DNA of 64,000 nt, from assembly GCA_000004985.1 (NCBI GenBank), contig GG738896.1. One strand, written 5' to 3'. Under the pieces are notes generated by a model. That model was not told the origin of the DNA and made no database searches. It worked only from the letters and a program-made list of their open reading frames with translations. The DNA is from Naegleria gruberi. Taxonomy: Eukaryota. This document shows, piece by piece, positions 9,317 to 22,103 of this stretch. The position numbers and the translations under genes were made by a program. Positions within the stretch are counted from its first letter, which is position 1. Each line of letters begins with the position of its first letter.

Positions 9317-12300
9317 TTATTCAACCTTAGATGATTGCTCTGATTGTTCTAGAGAGAGGGATCTGAAAATAGGGAAGAAGGAAGTAACATCATCATTGTC
9401 TTCACATCGATCGTAAATGTATTGTTCTGTACCTGTGAATTCAGTCACTGATTTTTGGTAGAGGTAAATTAAAAAGTAGACATAATTCCACAAGTAGTGT
9501 TCCTCCTTGACATGCTTTTCAAAGGTGATACCTTCATTGGCTCTTGTATCGAATTTAGTTCGTTCCAATCCACAAATAAAACACTTATCTCGAATGTCCT
9601 TCTTTCTGTCTTCTCTTTCATTTCTCAGTACTTCAAACGAATCGAGAATGACACCAAACACAACGTTAACAAGTAACACAATAACTATCACTAAAAAGGA
9701 AAGGTCAAGTATGGCTCTCTGAACTGAAACATTTGGATCATAAATATCCTCCCAAAAAGATTCTCCTCTAAAGCCATAATCCAACATGGTCACATAGCAA
9801 GCTAACATATCTTCACATGTCTTGTCGCCTGTCTTGGAGATTTTAAAATCTGAAGAAAAGAAGGTAAAATAGAGTGTACCAAAGAAGAATAAGGCAATAC
9901 ACAACAACATTCCTGTAAAGAACAAACGTTTCACATTCGAAGTAACTGATTTCAACACATCGGTCAATGACTTGAAGATGTAAACCATTTCAAAAAGCTG
10001 TATCGAGTAAATAATTGGAGTTATCAACAATCCAATCACAGAGACTACAATGTAAATAATAAAATACCAAATTTGAGAATCTTGTATGGTATATAAAAAG
10101 CATTTGGTCATAAAATCAAAATCTCTTGGAATTGAGTCCCACGTTTCGTTTTTCTTTAGCTTGAATCGTTTCTTCACTTCCAACGTCAAGAAGAGTGATA
10201 CATAAATGACAAATAGAATTACCAGGAAAATCAATTGTGTCACACCAACAATAATAAGAATTATATCACTTGCAAGATTTCTAGGTGCTGTAGTTTTGGT
10301 GAGAGCATATACATCAAAGTCACTGCCAGGTAAAGGTATTTGAGAATACTCTGTTGTTGCATAAATTCTCTTAAATGTTCCCAAAACAATAATATTAATA
10401 ATAACAGAGAGGAAGAATGAAGACAATCTCAAGTAATCCCACCAATTGGCAATATATTCCCATGATGCTGTTTTAACCTCTTGTTTCTTCTTTTTCTTTC
10501 GTTTTGCTAGCAAATTGCTGGTTGTGGCAACGAGAGACATTGAAGGCAAAAGATTTTCCATTTCCTCCTCTGGTTCCTCTTCTTCTTTCTTGTTGAGATT
10601 CGGAATAGTAAAAGTCTTTTTCATATTTTCATAGTGACACATTTCCACATAGAATGTACTGAATGTGTCATTGTACAATTTCCTAACTTTTTCTTGTGGA
10701 GTCATTACGTGCAACGAATTGGCATAGTTGCTTCTTGCCTTATCGATAATATTGTTACATATTGTTGGTTTGGGAAAGTAGATCTTTTCAAGTACGTTAT
10801 TTCTCAATACTTCAATGCTACCAGTTCTTTGTTTGAAATAAGAGAGCTCCTTTGAATTGGTTTGGAAAAAGTTGGCTACTCTTGATTCCTCTTCCAAAGC
10901 TTGAGTACCCTTTCTGAATTCAGTCTCACTGTCCCTGATCATGGAGAGAAGGAAAAAGATGTGAGTTCCCAAGTCATCGTATTGCAATCTAATCTTCTCG
11001 AGATTGTCCTCCATATAGTCGTCGACACGGATTGGCTTCTTTGAACTCTTCTCAGATTGATACAAAACATGGAATCCAAAGTCTTTACGCATTCTCTTTT
11101 TGAGTCTTTCAAGATCATCACAATCATCATGGTTATTACCCGATAGAGTTTCGAACAATCTCAAAATGTACAATAATTTTTGTTCAAAATCATCCAAATT
11201 CAAAGAATTTTTCATGAATTCTAATGTGACTGTGTTTCTTCCTTCCAATAGAGATATTAAGAAGAGTGTAATTTCCTTCTTGAGGTCAAGCTCTTGTTCC
11301 TTCAACAACTTGCTGTCATCGTAGGTCTTACTCATGATTTCATTGATAAGTCTTGGATAAATCTTATTGGATGTACCAATTAAATTTTGGTTAAAGACAG
11401 CAGGTCCTTGGACAAATTCGGTCAGGGTCTTAAAACCTTGGATGGCTACTTGAACATTGTCTGCATCCAATTTCTTTTCCAAAGCAATCAAATATTCAAT
11501 AATTTCCGTAATTAAATCAAAGCTGAAAATATTTCTTGGTTGATGTTTCAATAGGGCTTGATTTTTGGTATTATGGCCTTCACACAATAATCTCAAAAAT
11601 TCCATAGTGTTAAAAATGAATCCCTTTTCTACAAATTCCACACCAACTTCATCTTCTTCGTTATCATGGTCAGCATTGAGGTTAGTTGTAGACTTTTTCT
11701 GGTTAGCTAGTGCCAACTCCTTGTCTCTCTTTTTCTTCAAGTGATTCTTCATTTGTTTGATTTCAATCTTTGAGAGACGGATTCTGTCTCTAAGAGACAT
11801 GAAAAATTCGGTAGAGTCTTGATCTGTAAGAAGCGAATAAATATGATTCTGAACGTCAAGATCTCCGTCATTCAATATTAAAATACCAAGCTCCAAAGCT
11901 GATTTTGCAATTTGATGGTGGTTAGAGTTGAGGAATTCAATAACTACCTCAGGAATTTTCTTTTCCACCAAATCTAATTTAAGAGTTGATTCTTCGGTTT
12001 GTTGGTTTTGCCTTTCAACAATACTCTTCAAAATATCCATACCAAAGAGTCCTACCTTCATGTTCTGAAGAAGTAAACCAGAACTATTCAAGTCACGTAA
12101 TACATTGACGAGTGTTTTGATAAATCCATCATATTTGATAAATATGGCAGCAAGCTCTGAAAAGTTGGAAAAGTTTCTATTAATCTTGGAAATTATTCTG
12201 TCTTTCAAGTACTTTTTGTATGTGTTGTGGATAAGTTCGTCCTTCTCGGTACTGGTTGATGTTTGTATTCTTGATCTATGTACCTTGGCTTTAGTGGCCT

Positions 12301-15300
12301 TATTTGAAATGAAATTAGAAATTGCTTTCTGACTAGTTGAAGACATACTTCTCTTCAACATGGCCTGAATACATTTGAGAACTTTATCCCTATTCTCTGG
12401 ATTTGGTGTATGTTTGTGAAGTTCTATGAGTTTTATCAACAAATCTTCTGCAATATCCAACTGTTCTTTTGTCAGATTTGGAGGTGGGAAGTGGAGATGG
12501 AAATAATCTCTCACACAAGGAATCATAATATCAAACAAATAGGTATTATCAACTTGATAGGTTTCTTGATCTTCCTCACTAGGTCCAACGACTTTTGGAA
12601 GTGCTACAGAGTATGTTTTCGAAGATCGTTTGGAAGCAGTTGTTGACAATCCACGGTTTTTGGTTGGAGTAGCAAACAGTGAAGTGTTTGAGAGGGTTTT
12701 GCTTGGTGTTGTTGGGGTTCGAGTATGGGCATGCATAATACTTTGTCTTTCACCTTTTTGTGTGGATAAAATCAAGTCGTTACCATCTGATTCATTTGAA
12801 TAGGTCATTTCTAACACTTCCAATTCAGTAACCATTTTAGAGAATAACTTGAAAAGCATTGGATGATGAACATTTACCATCTTGCTCTCAGATTCTGTAG
12901 AGTCATCTGATGCCTTTTCAACATTCAAGTAAATTTCATCAATAACTTTAACCAATGGATTTCTCAATACAGGTAGAGTACAACAAATAACTTGTTCTAA
13001 AAGTTCTTCATAGCTGTAGAGGGTTTGTAATTTAAGCTCACTCTCTCTGTTTTTACCATCAGCAAGAGAGGCCAACAAGTATAAAAGGGCAATGTGATAA
13101 TTTAAAATACCATCTGGTTCAGTTTTGTGTTCACCTTTGATAATTCTTTGATTACGTTCTCTGAGACCTTCTTCGTCTTTGAAAAGAATCATAATGTCCT
13201 TCTTTCTTTCGAGCAGATATTTGGTAATGAGTGATTGGTTTCGTTTGATTGGATTGCCATTATTTGTTCCCAGAATGACATGCAAGAACAACAACATGAA
13301 AGAGCAAGGTTGCTCAGCAATTTGGTCAATGTAGTGTTCGATTAATTTTTCTTCAATAGTACTGCACAGACCTCTATTGTCTCTTACCATTTCACAAAGG
13401 AGAATGACAATCTTCTTATCTAGACTTCTATTCTCACCAATAGTGTGAATAAAGAATTCCAATTGTTTGAACATAATCTTTTGATTGTCTTGATTTCCTC
13501 TAACAAAAGCAATTAAAATATCAATACCAATCTCTTCAATTTCCTTGCTCACAATATAATCCTTCTTGAGGAATGTGAGAATAATATCATAAATGAAGAG
13601 ATTTCTCACTATTCTTTGTGATCTTTGACCATTCTTCTTGATATCTGATAGGATTTCATTGAGAGCTTTTAGGACTTTTTTCTCTTCCTGTTCTGTGAGT
13701 CTTCTAGTACCAAAATAATTGCTTTGACCATAACCAAAAACAGATCGCAACTCAACTACCTGTGAAAGTAGCAAATCGTAGGATTTAGCCATTTCTCTCG
13801 AAACGATAAGTTCAATCTTTGGAAGAACTTCACATAATTCTTGAGCAGATCTGTACTTTCTAATTAGTAAATCAAGGCAGGTTGTAGCGAGTTCCTTATT
13901 TTCATATTTGGTCAGCGAAAGAATTTTAACATCGAATCGATCCATCTTGTTGAAAATAACATCCTTTTCGAGAATATCTTTGATTACAGCATATTCATTA
14001 GAGTCAATTTCGGCAAGTCTTTTCTGTTGTAAAGCTCTATTGTCCATTGGTATCACCTCTTGTTCTCTAAGTACAGTCTCAATCTCTTCCTCTCTGTATT
14101 TCTTCCAAAAGAATTGCAAGAATTTTGTCACTCTCTTGTCTAAAATAATGTCTAGAATCATGTGGAAGATGGAAGCAATTTCAATTTTGATCTTCATGAG
14201 GGTTAAATTTTCTTCTACGTTTTTGTGTCTTTCTTCCTCACTAAGAATTCTACCATCCTTCTTGTCATTATCTCCTCTGAGCATATCAAAGAGAGAATTC
14301 AACAAATCACCCTCCTCAAAGTCTATCAATGTAAGAACTCCAAATTCCAACATTCTCTTACACATAATTACAACGTATAATGTAAAGTTGTTGTGATCCT
14401 TCTTTTCTAAAGACACATCCAAGCTAACATTCTCTCTAAGGAATTTCCCTAAAAAATCTTTGATTTCTGCCAAATCCTTTGAGTTGCCGTCTTCTTTTGA
14501 TCTTTGATTGAGAGTACTGGTTTTTCTGGTGTAGTCAATCAGTGGTTTCTTTTCTCTCTTCTCCGTATCAATGAAAGTTTGGATCAAAAGCTTTACAAAT
14601 GATGTTCTGACGGCTGGTGTTAAATTCTTATCAGAGACACATTTGTGGACAACTTCGTAGGTGAACAGAGAAACAACAGATCTTCTCGCATCCTCAATTT
14701 CTTCATTTCTTCCTGTACAGAGGGCAGCAAAAAGACGAATTTCCTCTTGGAAGAAGATGAGTTGTTCATAATTTGGTCTTGTGTATCCATTGTATGTATC
14801 ATCTGTTGCAGACTGAGAGAAACTAATCAAGTCTATTTCATCATGATTGACTTCTACCACAACCTTGTCTTCATTGTTAAGCTTTGGAATGATAAAAACT
14901 CTTCTCAATTGGTCCTTATATTTTGAAAAAAGCAAATTACCAATATATACCTGATTTTTCACCACAGTTTTACCTTCACAAATGATCAAGCTAGTCAAAA
15001 AGGATAAATAGACAGCCTTCTTCAAGCTCTTGGAACTTTGTCGCATACCAATCTTTGATGTGTTTTCAAAGAGAAGCTTGACGAAAAAGTCAATTTGTGA
15101 CTCGGTAATCTTGTTCAAAAGTGGATAATTGTTGGATAAGATTTCCAACAGAGCTTCACTTGCAGCAATGCTATGTTCAATCAGAGTTTGGATAAAGTTG
15201 ATATATTGTGCCATGTAGAGACCGTTAGATTCGTTTGAAAGGACAAACTGTCTAATGAGTCTGAAGGAGTACTGAACCACATCAAAATAAAGTGCCTTCT

Positions 15301-17664
15301 CTGGCTTTTCATAAATTAAAGATAAATCCTCAATTGATAAATATTTCTTCAATAATAGAGTGATATTTTCCATTACAAGACCAATGACTCCCATATCTCT
15401 GATGATATTTTGTCTAAGTTTAACAGGAATACCACCTCTTGTTAGAGGGTCTGTCTCTTCACTAATAGTACAAAATCTAATGCAATTTGCCAATGCACCA
15501 ATGTAGAGTTTGATATCTGACTTGTCAATGAGCGAGTCGTCCAACTTGGATTTGAAATACCTAATAATTGGCATGTAACCAGCTACGGTGAGTGCATCAT
15601 TCAAATCCTCATGTGAAACAGCTGAAAAATTGAAAACATCCTGTTCAAACATTTTCAAAGATGAAGTTACTCTCTGATAGGTTGAGTCAGCAAGTGGTCT
15701 AGATATGTGTACCCAAGAATTAGTGGCTTCATGCCTCAATCTAAAGTAATCGGTGGTTTGAACTTTCTCACCCTTCTTTTGTCCTCCAGTCGAGTCGGTG
15801 AAATGGAAGACACTGGTTGGTATTGGTTGTGTAATCAAGTCATCAAAGTTTTCAACATGAAGAGTCCACAATGAATCATTTTGTGTTACGCTGCCTGATC
15901 TATTTCCTCGTGGAGTGGCTACAATTGAACTTTTTCTAGGTGCATTAACTCCAAGTTGGCTCAAGTTATCACCAGATGTTGGTGTGTTTTCTCGTTCATA
16001 TCTTTCTTCAATGGCATCATCCGCTTCAATGGTTATTCCTTTAATAGGACGAATCACCATGTATTTTCCACTTGCCAAGTGTCTTAGACGGAATTTCGAA
16101 GTCCACTTTACAGTACCAGAACAGCTAGAGTCTAAAAATTCCAATTGCCACAAAGTTTGAGGACTCACATAGTCAGAAGATTTAGATTCCATACCAGCCA
16201 AGCTTGTATCCTCAGAGTCGTTGATTTGTAGATTGCTTGATTTCTTGAAAAATTTAATTCTATCCGTTTTTTCATTCACTCCAATATATCCTTCCAATTC
16301 CTTGTGGTATATTCTCATAATGGTGGATCCTGCTTTGAGTTTTCTATTTGTTTCATCATTTTGTGGTGTGTATTTTTGGTAGAGTTTCATTCTCCACCTA
16401 GTGAATGCAGTACTATTCGCCATGTTAACTTCTCTTCTACTATCGTAGGAATATTTTCCTCTATTTCGTGATAATTTTACAGCTTGTTGAGCTAATTCTG
16501 TGTATGAAGAATTTTCATTCACTCTTTGATAGGTACCATCATTGTCTTCTCCAGTTGTGTATCTATAATAGGATAAGTGAATAAATTGGTTGGACTTTTT
16601 GTTGTAAAGTCTAATTTGATCAGTGAGTTTAACTTGATCTCCATCCTTTTGAAAACTGGAATATGGCATTATTTGAAAGTATGAATAGGTAGATCCTTCT
16701 TTATCGAGGGCCAATCTCATACAATCCTTTTGCATTTCTGCAGATTCTCTTGCTACTGTCAGATAGCACTGTGTTTGTACATGATACAATTGTACTGTTT
16801 GTCCATAGACAACTGGTTTTGAAAGGTTTCTTTGTGATTCCATCCTATTTTGTTCAAGTTCTCTTTCAGCTCGTTGTTCCAATTGTTGATATTCTGTTGA
16901 GAAGGAGGCTGTCGAAGGCATTACATTATTCTTGTTATCCTTTGTTTTTTTGTTGGCCTCTTTCAACTCTTGTTCTTCTTTGAAGGTTTTGAACTTTTTC
17001 AGTGCTGAATAACTCTTTGGATGACAAATCTTGAAAACACAATTAGAAAAGTTTGGTGTAAAGAAGGAAGAATCCTTTTCTGAAATGACAGATTCCACCA
17101 GACCACATCTAGCTTGTGGTTTGTTTCTAAAATATTGATGAAATAATAAAAGTAGTATTTAACAGAGAATAAAGAAGGTGAATAATTAGTTGAATATTTA
17201 AACAATATTTACCCTTTAACATTCTCGGAACAAGTCAAATTAATACCATCCACACTCAAGAACCCAATCATTGAATTACCAGTACTTTTTGATGACAAAT
17301 CCGTATAGAAGGAAATTTCCTCTCCAATTCTCAAATAATCTCCCTTCTTTTTCATCATCATATTATTCATCCACAATTGTTGCTCATCCTCCTTCACATC
17401 ACTCATCACATCTTCATCCTCATCATACAAATGATGATCAAAGCCTTGTTGTTGCTGTGCAGAAGAGGATGATGATGACGAATATTCGGAATGTTGTTCA
17501 TGATGATGATTTGATGTGGCGCCATTATTTTTAACGGCAGAAGTGGCGCTTACCGATACGATGAGTTGTTCTTGTTGTTGATGAAATAAGAGTGCATAGT
17601 CAAAGAGGTGTTGTGATGATGGTTCGGAAGAGTTGCTATTGTTATGATTATTGGATAGTGTCAT
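9317..17664 (-). CDS. Inositol-1,4,5-trisphosphate-receptor-like intracellular Ca2+ release channel (IP3R/RyR superfamily), about 2750 aa. Two exons, join(17664..17213, 17126..9317), with an 86-nt intron.
   Basis: Exon 1 is track ORF 17209..17664, starting at ATG 17664. It has an Asn/Ser/Gln/His-rich leader, then the start of the suppressor/beta-trefoil domain 'LRIGEEISFYTD...GFLSVDG' (compare IP3R1 'LHIGDIVSLYAEGS..GFIST'). A GG|GTAAAT donor at 17212 and a TTTTAG acceptor at 17127 join in phase 2 to the 2593-aa ORF ('...ARCGLVESV...CVFKICHPKSYSALKKF', compare 'DRCVV...CLFKLCPMNRYSAQKQF'). The C-terminus has six-TM channel helices, a pore region, and the diagnostic '[44 protein letters not shown]' (IP3R '[36 protein letters not shown]'). 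Confidence 0.8.
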
Positions 17665-18022
17665 GTTGTGAAAAGTCTTCCAAAACTATTTCACTTATTT
17701 TTTTTTGTTAAATGTTGACAGATGAAGGATTGTCAGCTTATCAATATTTCAAGACGTGTGTTATACAATTTAATTGATAAATATTTCCTCAATCAATACA
17801 ACTATTAGCCATTGTTAATCCTAATGTTGTATTATCTGAATTATTTAAATTTTGGCGCCAACTAGTTGAAAAAAAAGAACAAACATCTCATCAAGGTTTT
17901 GCTTTTGATTTACAGTTTTTTTGTATTCCTTCCGATCACTGACTCACCCTGGCTACAACTTCTGTAATATTGTTATTCTTGCTACAGTAATACTCCTCCT
18001 TTTTGTAAATATATTAAAAAGA

Positions 18023-18895
18023 ATGAAATTAACAATTCGATCCGATAAACCAATTGTAAATTTGTATAATAATTTCCCAAAAGATTTAAGGGAACATTTG
18101 GAAAAGTGGGATTTAGGTACTGAGAGTACTTTCTATGAATCGTTCTATGTGGATTTGGATATGAATCAACATGATGAAGCATTAGTAAATACCGAATCTA
18201 AGGAACTGCTCCTCAAAAGGGCCCTTGCAAATTCTGATCAAATCAAGGAACTGGCTAATGAGTACTTGAATAGATTGAAAGAGAGATTTATTTGCTGTGG
18301 AGCTCTGCATCAATTAGATACTGTTCAAGATGTGTCACCTATGAACATCAAGTTGGCAGACATGACGTTAATTCAGAGAGAATTTCTAACCAATGAGTCG
18401 TTGTTATACTTGAAATCTCTCAACACCAGAAAATGCTTAGACGAACAAATTGACTCTGAAATGTATGTCTCTGATGAGTACAGAAAGGCTATGGCATACA
18501 TGTTGTGGGCTGAAGGATGTACCTATTACAATGAAGATACTTTCATTGAGAATTGTAACTTCCAACAGTACGGACTAGTGGAGGACTCTTGGACTAATAT
18601 TTGTGCTCGAGAGCTACTGTTGCATATACATGCAAGATTGGTTATAGGAGGAAAATTTGGCCAGTATGAAGATAATTTGATGCCATATTTTAATAATACC
18701 AAGTTACTATATAAGAACATTGTCTCCGTGCAGAAAGTGAGCAGTGTTGATTCAAATCAAAGTAGTCAAGGTTTTTCCATTGCATCCAAAGCGTACAAAT
18801 GCCCAGTCACCAACGATCTGGTGGATAAGAGTTACTTCCTCCTAATTGTTCATCCAATAGATAAGAAGGTTACAATCATGTTGCATGCAGAGTGA
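18023..18895 (+). CDS. Hypothetical protein, about 290 aa.
   Basis: The track ORF is 17921..18895 and its first ATG is at 18023 ('MKLTIRSDKP'). Globular, no family recognised. Divergently oriented from the IP3R-like gene. Confidence 0.35.
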   Translation: MKLTIRSDKPIVNLYNNFPKDLREHLEKWDLGTESTFYESFYVDLDMNQHDEALVNTESKELLLKRALANSDQIKELANEYLNRLKERFICCGALHQLDTVQDVSPMNIKLADMTLIQREFLTNESLLYLKSLNTRKCLDEQIDSEMYVSDEYRKAMAYMLWAEGCTYYNEDTFIENCNFQQYGLVEDSWTNICARELLLHIHARLVIGGKFGQYEDNLMPYFNNTKLLYKNIVSVQKVSSVDSNQSSQGFSIASKAYKCPVTNDLVDKSYFLLIVHPIDKKVTIMLHAE

Positions 18896-19189
18896 ACACA
18901 ACATAAATTCTTTTGATTTTCCAACATGACATTTTTGCTAAAATATTGCCTTGCCTCTTTTGTAAGAAATCCAAGAATGGCACTATCGAAGGATTTTGCT
19001 GACATGAAGAAGGTCGAATAAAGATGCAGCTTGCCACACCAACAACGCGGCATTCACTGACACCAAAGTGATTAATCAATCGAATAATTCAATTGTCAAA
19101 CTGGCACAATTAAAACAAATACCAAAACACTGCTGACTCTCCTTTTTCACAACAAGAAGAGATAACGTATTGGCCTCTCGATTATTATA

Positions 19190-20143
19190 ATGAATGAAAC
19201 TAGACATGTATCTTCCTCCACACCAAGAAAATTAAATACCTACTCCTCTTCTTCTTCAACAAGTCCTTCACAGCAACAACAATCAGAATGTTCAACATCA
19301 TCCTCTACATCGGTTGAAGGAACAACCATACCAGCTGCCACATCAAACTTTGGAAGCACGAGAATAACAATTGTAAGTGACAATATTTGGTTCACACATG
19401 TGATAAAAATCCTGGTTCCTCACTATTTAATCATCTACATGTTACATTTCAATATTTCGTAATTATCGATAGACTAAAGAGGATATGGTAAGTAATTGTT
19501 TTATTGAATGATCTCATGAATTTTATGATGATGCATTTCAGAGTCGTTACTTTAATGCACCACAAGTCATGGCTGCTCGATTATTGAATGTCAGTGTGTC
19601 AACTCTCAAGAGAAGATTTTATGAAATGTATGAAGGGAGGTGGCCCTATCAAAAAGTAAGTTTTTCTGAATGCATGCATTTGCAACTTCAATACATCATT
19701 ACATCTACAATACATGTCAAAATGTCATCATCTGTCTTGACATTTTGAAATACATAACATTCGTGGATCTACATCATCTTTGTTCCATCTCTTTCTAGAT
19801 GCCAACACAAGAAAGAAAGAAAACCATCTGGTATTACATTAACGAGGAAGATGAACCTGAAAAGAACATTTCAGATCATAGTTTAAGAGTGTTAAATTTA
19901 GCATTTACAGACCCAACTCAGCCCAAAGTCATTTTCTTTCCTGAGGAAGCTAAAGTGGATAAACCTCGTAAAAAGGATATCACATTCCTGAGCTATGTTC
20001 CACAAAGTGGATCAGGTGAAGGAAATTTGGAAAATGTAACCAAAGACTTGGGTAAATTAAAAGGAGGTTCTCGTCAAAAGTACTCTCTTGTTGGTGTTAC
20101 TGGTGTTAAAAAAACTAGAAAGATGACTTCTAAAAAAAAGTGA
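19190..20143 (+). CDS. RWP-RK domain protein, a putative transcription factor. Three or four exons: join(19190..19372, [19473..19487], 19542..19655, 19799..20143).
   Basis: Exon 1 is ORF 19190..19462 up to the GTAAGT at 19373. Exon 3 encodes 'SRYFNAPQVMAARLLNVSVSTLKRRFYEMYEGRWPYQK' (RWP-RK consensus ...AA..L.vs.T.LKr..R..G..RWP.RK) and ends at the GTAAGT at 19656. The last exon is ORF 19799..20143. An optional 15-nt micro-exon (ACTAAAGAGGATATG, 'TKEDM') lies between a CGATAG acceptor and the GTAAGT at 19488. Both splice variants keep the frame. Confidence 0.55.
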
Positions 20144-20145
20144 AT

Positions 20146-22103
20146 TTACTGTTGACATGCTCTCCAGAAAAATAGGGCAGAAAATACCAAAAGATATAGG
20201 ATGCAAAAAGCTATCAGACTGTACTTTTTTGGAGATTTCATTCCTGTTATCATAAGTGTTATCAATTAATTGGAAAAGAAGAACTGAACTTACCTGCAAC
20301 TGTGAAAAGTATGGCAGTAAGGAATGCATACAAATAGTCATACCATTCTGGGGGAAGTAATGGTGCTTTGACAGTAGTAATTCCATCAAGTGATAATCTT
20401 GGACAAATGAAACAATACTGGAAAGTTAAACAAGGTGCAATCAAACTATTAAATGATTTCTCAATATTAAATTTTAAATATTGAATACATACCTGAAAAC
20501 ATGGTGGAATTTCGTATAAAATTGAACAGGTTTGATTACAAATAGAATTCCCAAAATTAATGATCCAACACTCAATACTACAAACAAATACCAATTGATA
20601 TTTTCCATATTTTGTCCACCCATAGTAATTAATGAAACACTCCTCTCTGTTGGAGCATAACAAGGCATTAAACTGTACAATAGGGAAGATCCACCTCCAT
20701 TACAAGGTGGACACAATAATCCCAAATGAATAATATAAATCAATGATCCAATCATGATGGCACTCATTCCTTGCAAGACTCCAAACAAGCAATCACTTGG
20801 ATAATGCACACCTAGGTAAATTCTGGCACAACTCGAAGCTAAGGCACTCAACATGCAACATGGTAGACACCAACTCCAAAATGCAACATCAGACATTGAT
20901 TCTCCATTTATAATACATCTCACAAAGTAACAAACCAAAAACGAATATACCACAGAGCAACTAGATTGAGTTATCTTCCACAATTCGGTTCATTTAATAC
21001 TTACGTAACTGCTCGACTTGGAAATGAACTTGTTTTGTCTTTGGCTATTTTCAATGCTCTTCCAGCAAGGTATGGTCTTTTTCTGAAAAGAAATCTCTTT
21101 GGTAATTGACTTAACATAGCGAGTGTGAATATTACCCACATGACATAGCATGCAAATTGATCAATTCCCAATAAATAGAGAATGAACGGAGCAAGGATAC
21201 CAATCTCAATTGTGGTAAAGGCAGTAACAATCAAACTCATTAGGAAGAAAACCTTATTAGGTTTCATTTGGATTATAGAAATAATCTTATCATCAAATGT
21301 TTCCCAATACTTTTCAAATTTCGGATTAATTTTGTAAACAACTAAAAAGAAATCATGTGAAAACATCAAAATATCAAAAACAATTAATCTTGAATAATGC
21401 TCAAATCCTTACATTTCTCGTAATCTCCCAATTTTTCATGAGCAATGGGTGATTGAACTTCGTTTGGAATATTTTCAACAGTGACTAACCTAGAATTTTC
21501 TGTATGTATCGAATGATCAGATTCATCCTCTGGTGTTTTTACATGTTGTTGATGATGCTGATGCTGATTATTGTGTTCCGATGATGATTCATCATTTGAT
21601 GAAGAATTTTCAACAATATTTTCCTCATCCACAACAAGCCTTGATGTTGTTCCTTCTTCTGCTGATGATAATGTGTTGTTATTATTATTCGAATAGGAGC
21701 TTACTTCCTTTGAGTAGAAATCAGTAATTACATTAAAAACACCATCCAATGATGACGAACTTCTATGATGTGATAAATCACCACTCGAACTATGACTCAA
21801 CATGATATCCCTACTATTTGCAAAATTATTATTAATATTACTACTACTATTATAATTATTATTATTAATTATTAAATTATTATCCAAGGTTAATCCCCTC
21901 GTAATTGTTTTTCTCTTCTTTTGAGGAGATTTATGATGATTAATATTTTCTTCTTGATGATGAATAAATAATTTTTCGCTTGCTTCTTCCTGTTGCTCAC
22001 GATGAATCGTTGGAGTATTGTTGCTATTAATGATACTGCTATTATTATTATTAGTTGCTACTTGTTTTTGAATATTCGTGGTTACACTTCTCCTCGTAGA
22101 CAT
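20146..22103 (-). CDS. PAP2 superfamily lipid phosphate phosphatase-like membrane protein with an Asn/Ser-rich N-terminal extension. Five exons: join(22103..21413, 21341..21005, 20960..20493, 20445..20294, 20243..20146).
   Basis: The track splits it into ORFs 21384..22103, 21001..21369, 20474..20983 and 20262..20663. Only 17 nt separate the stop of the first ORF from the ATG of the second, so they cannot be independent genes. A GTAAGG donor at 21412 and a TTTTTAG acceptor at 21342 join them in phase. PAP2 motif 1 is 'KRFLFRKRPYL' (KxxxxxxRP). Motif 2 is divergent: 'SFPSRAVT' in place of SFPSGH. Motif 3 is 'ARIYLGVHYPSDCLFG' (SRxxxxxHxxxD). Further GTAAGT and GTATGT donors lie at 21004, 20492 and 20293. 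The last exon encodes a hydrophobic helix 'IAFCILYLLVFSALFFW'. The 3' exon choice is uncertain. Confidence 0.45.

Noticed and set aside
9507-16983. About a dozen 60-160-aa plus-strand ORFs inside the IP3R-like gene (for example 13908..14396, 16750..16983).
   Set aside because: They are antisense to a strongly supported coding region, low complexity and codon-biased by the sense strand. Treated as spurious.
17209-17664. 151-aa ORF treated as an independent gene.
   Set aside because: Its C-terminus (LRIGEEISFY...GFLSVDG) is the start of the IP3R suppressor domain, and a GTAAAT...TTTTAG intron joins it in phase to the 2593-aa ORF. It is exon 1 of the channel gene.
21384-22103. 239-aa Asn-rich ORF as a separate gene.
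   Set aside because: Only 17 nt separate its stop from the next ATG on the same strand. An in-phase GTAAGG/TTTTTAG intron links it to the PAP2 core. Modelled as exon 1.
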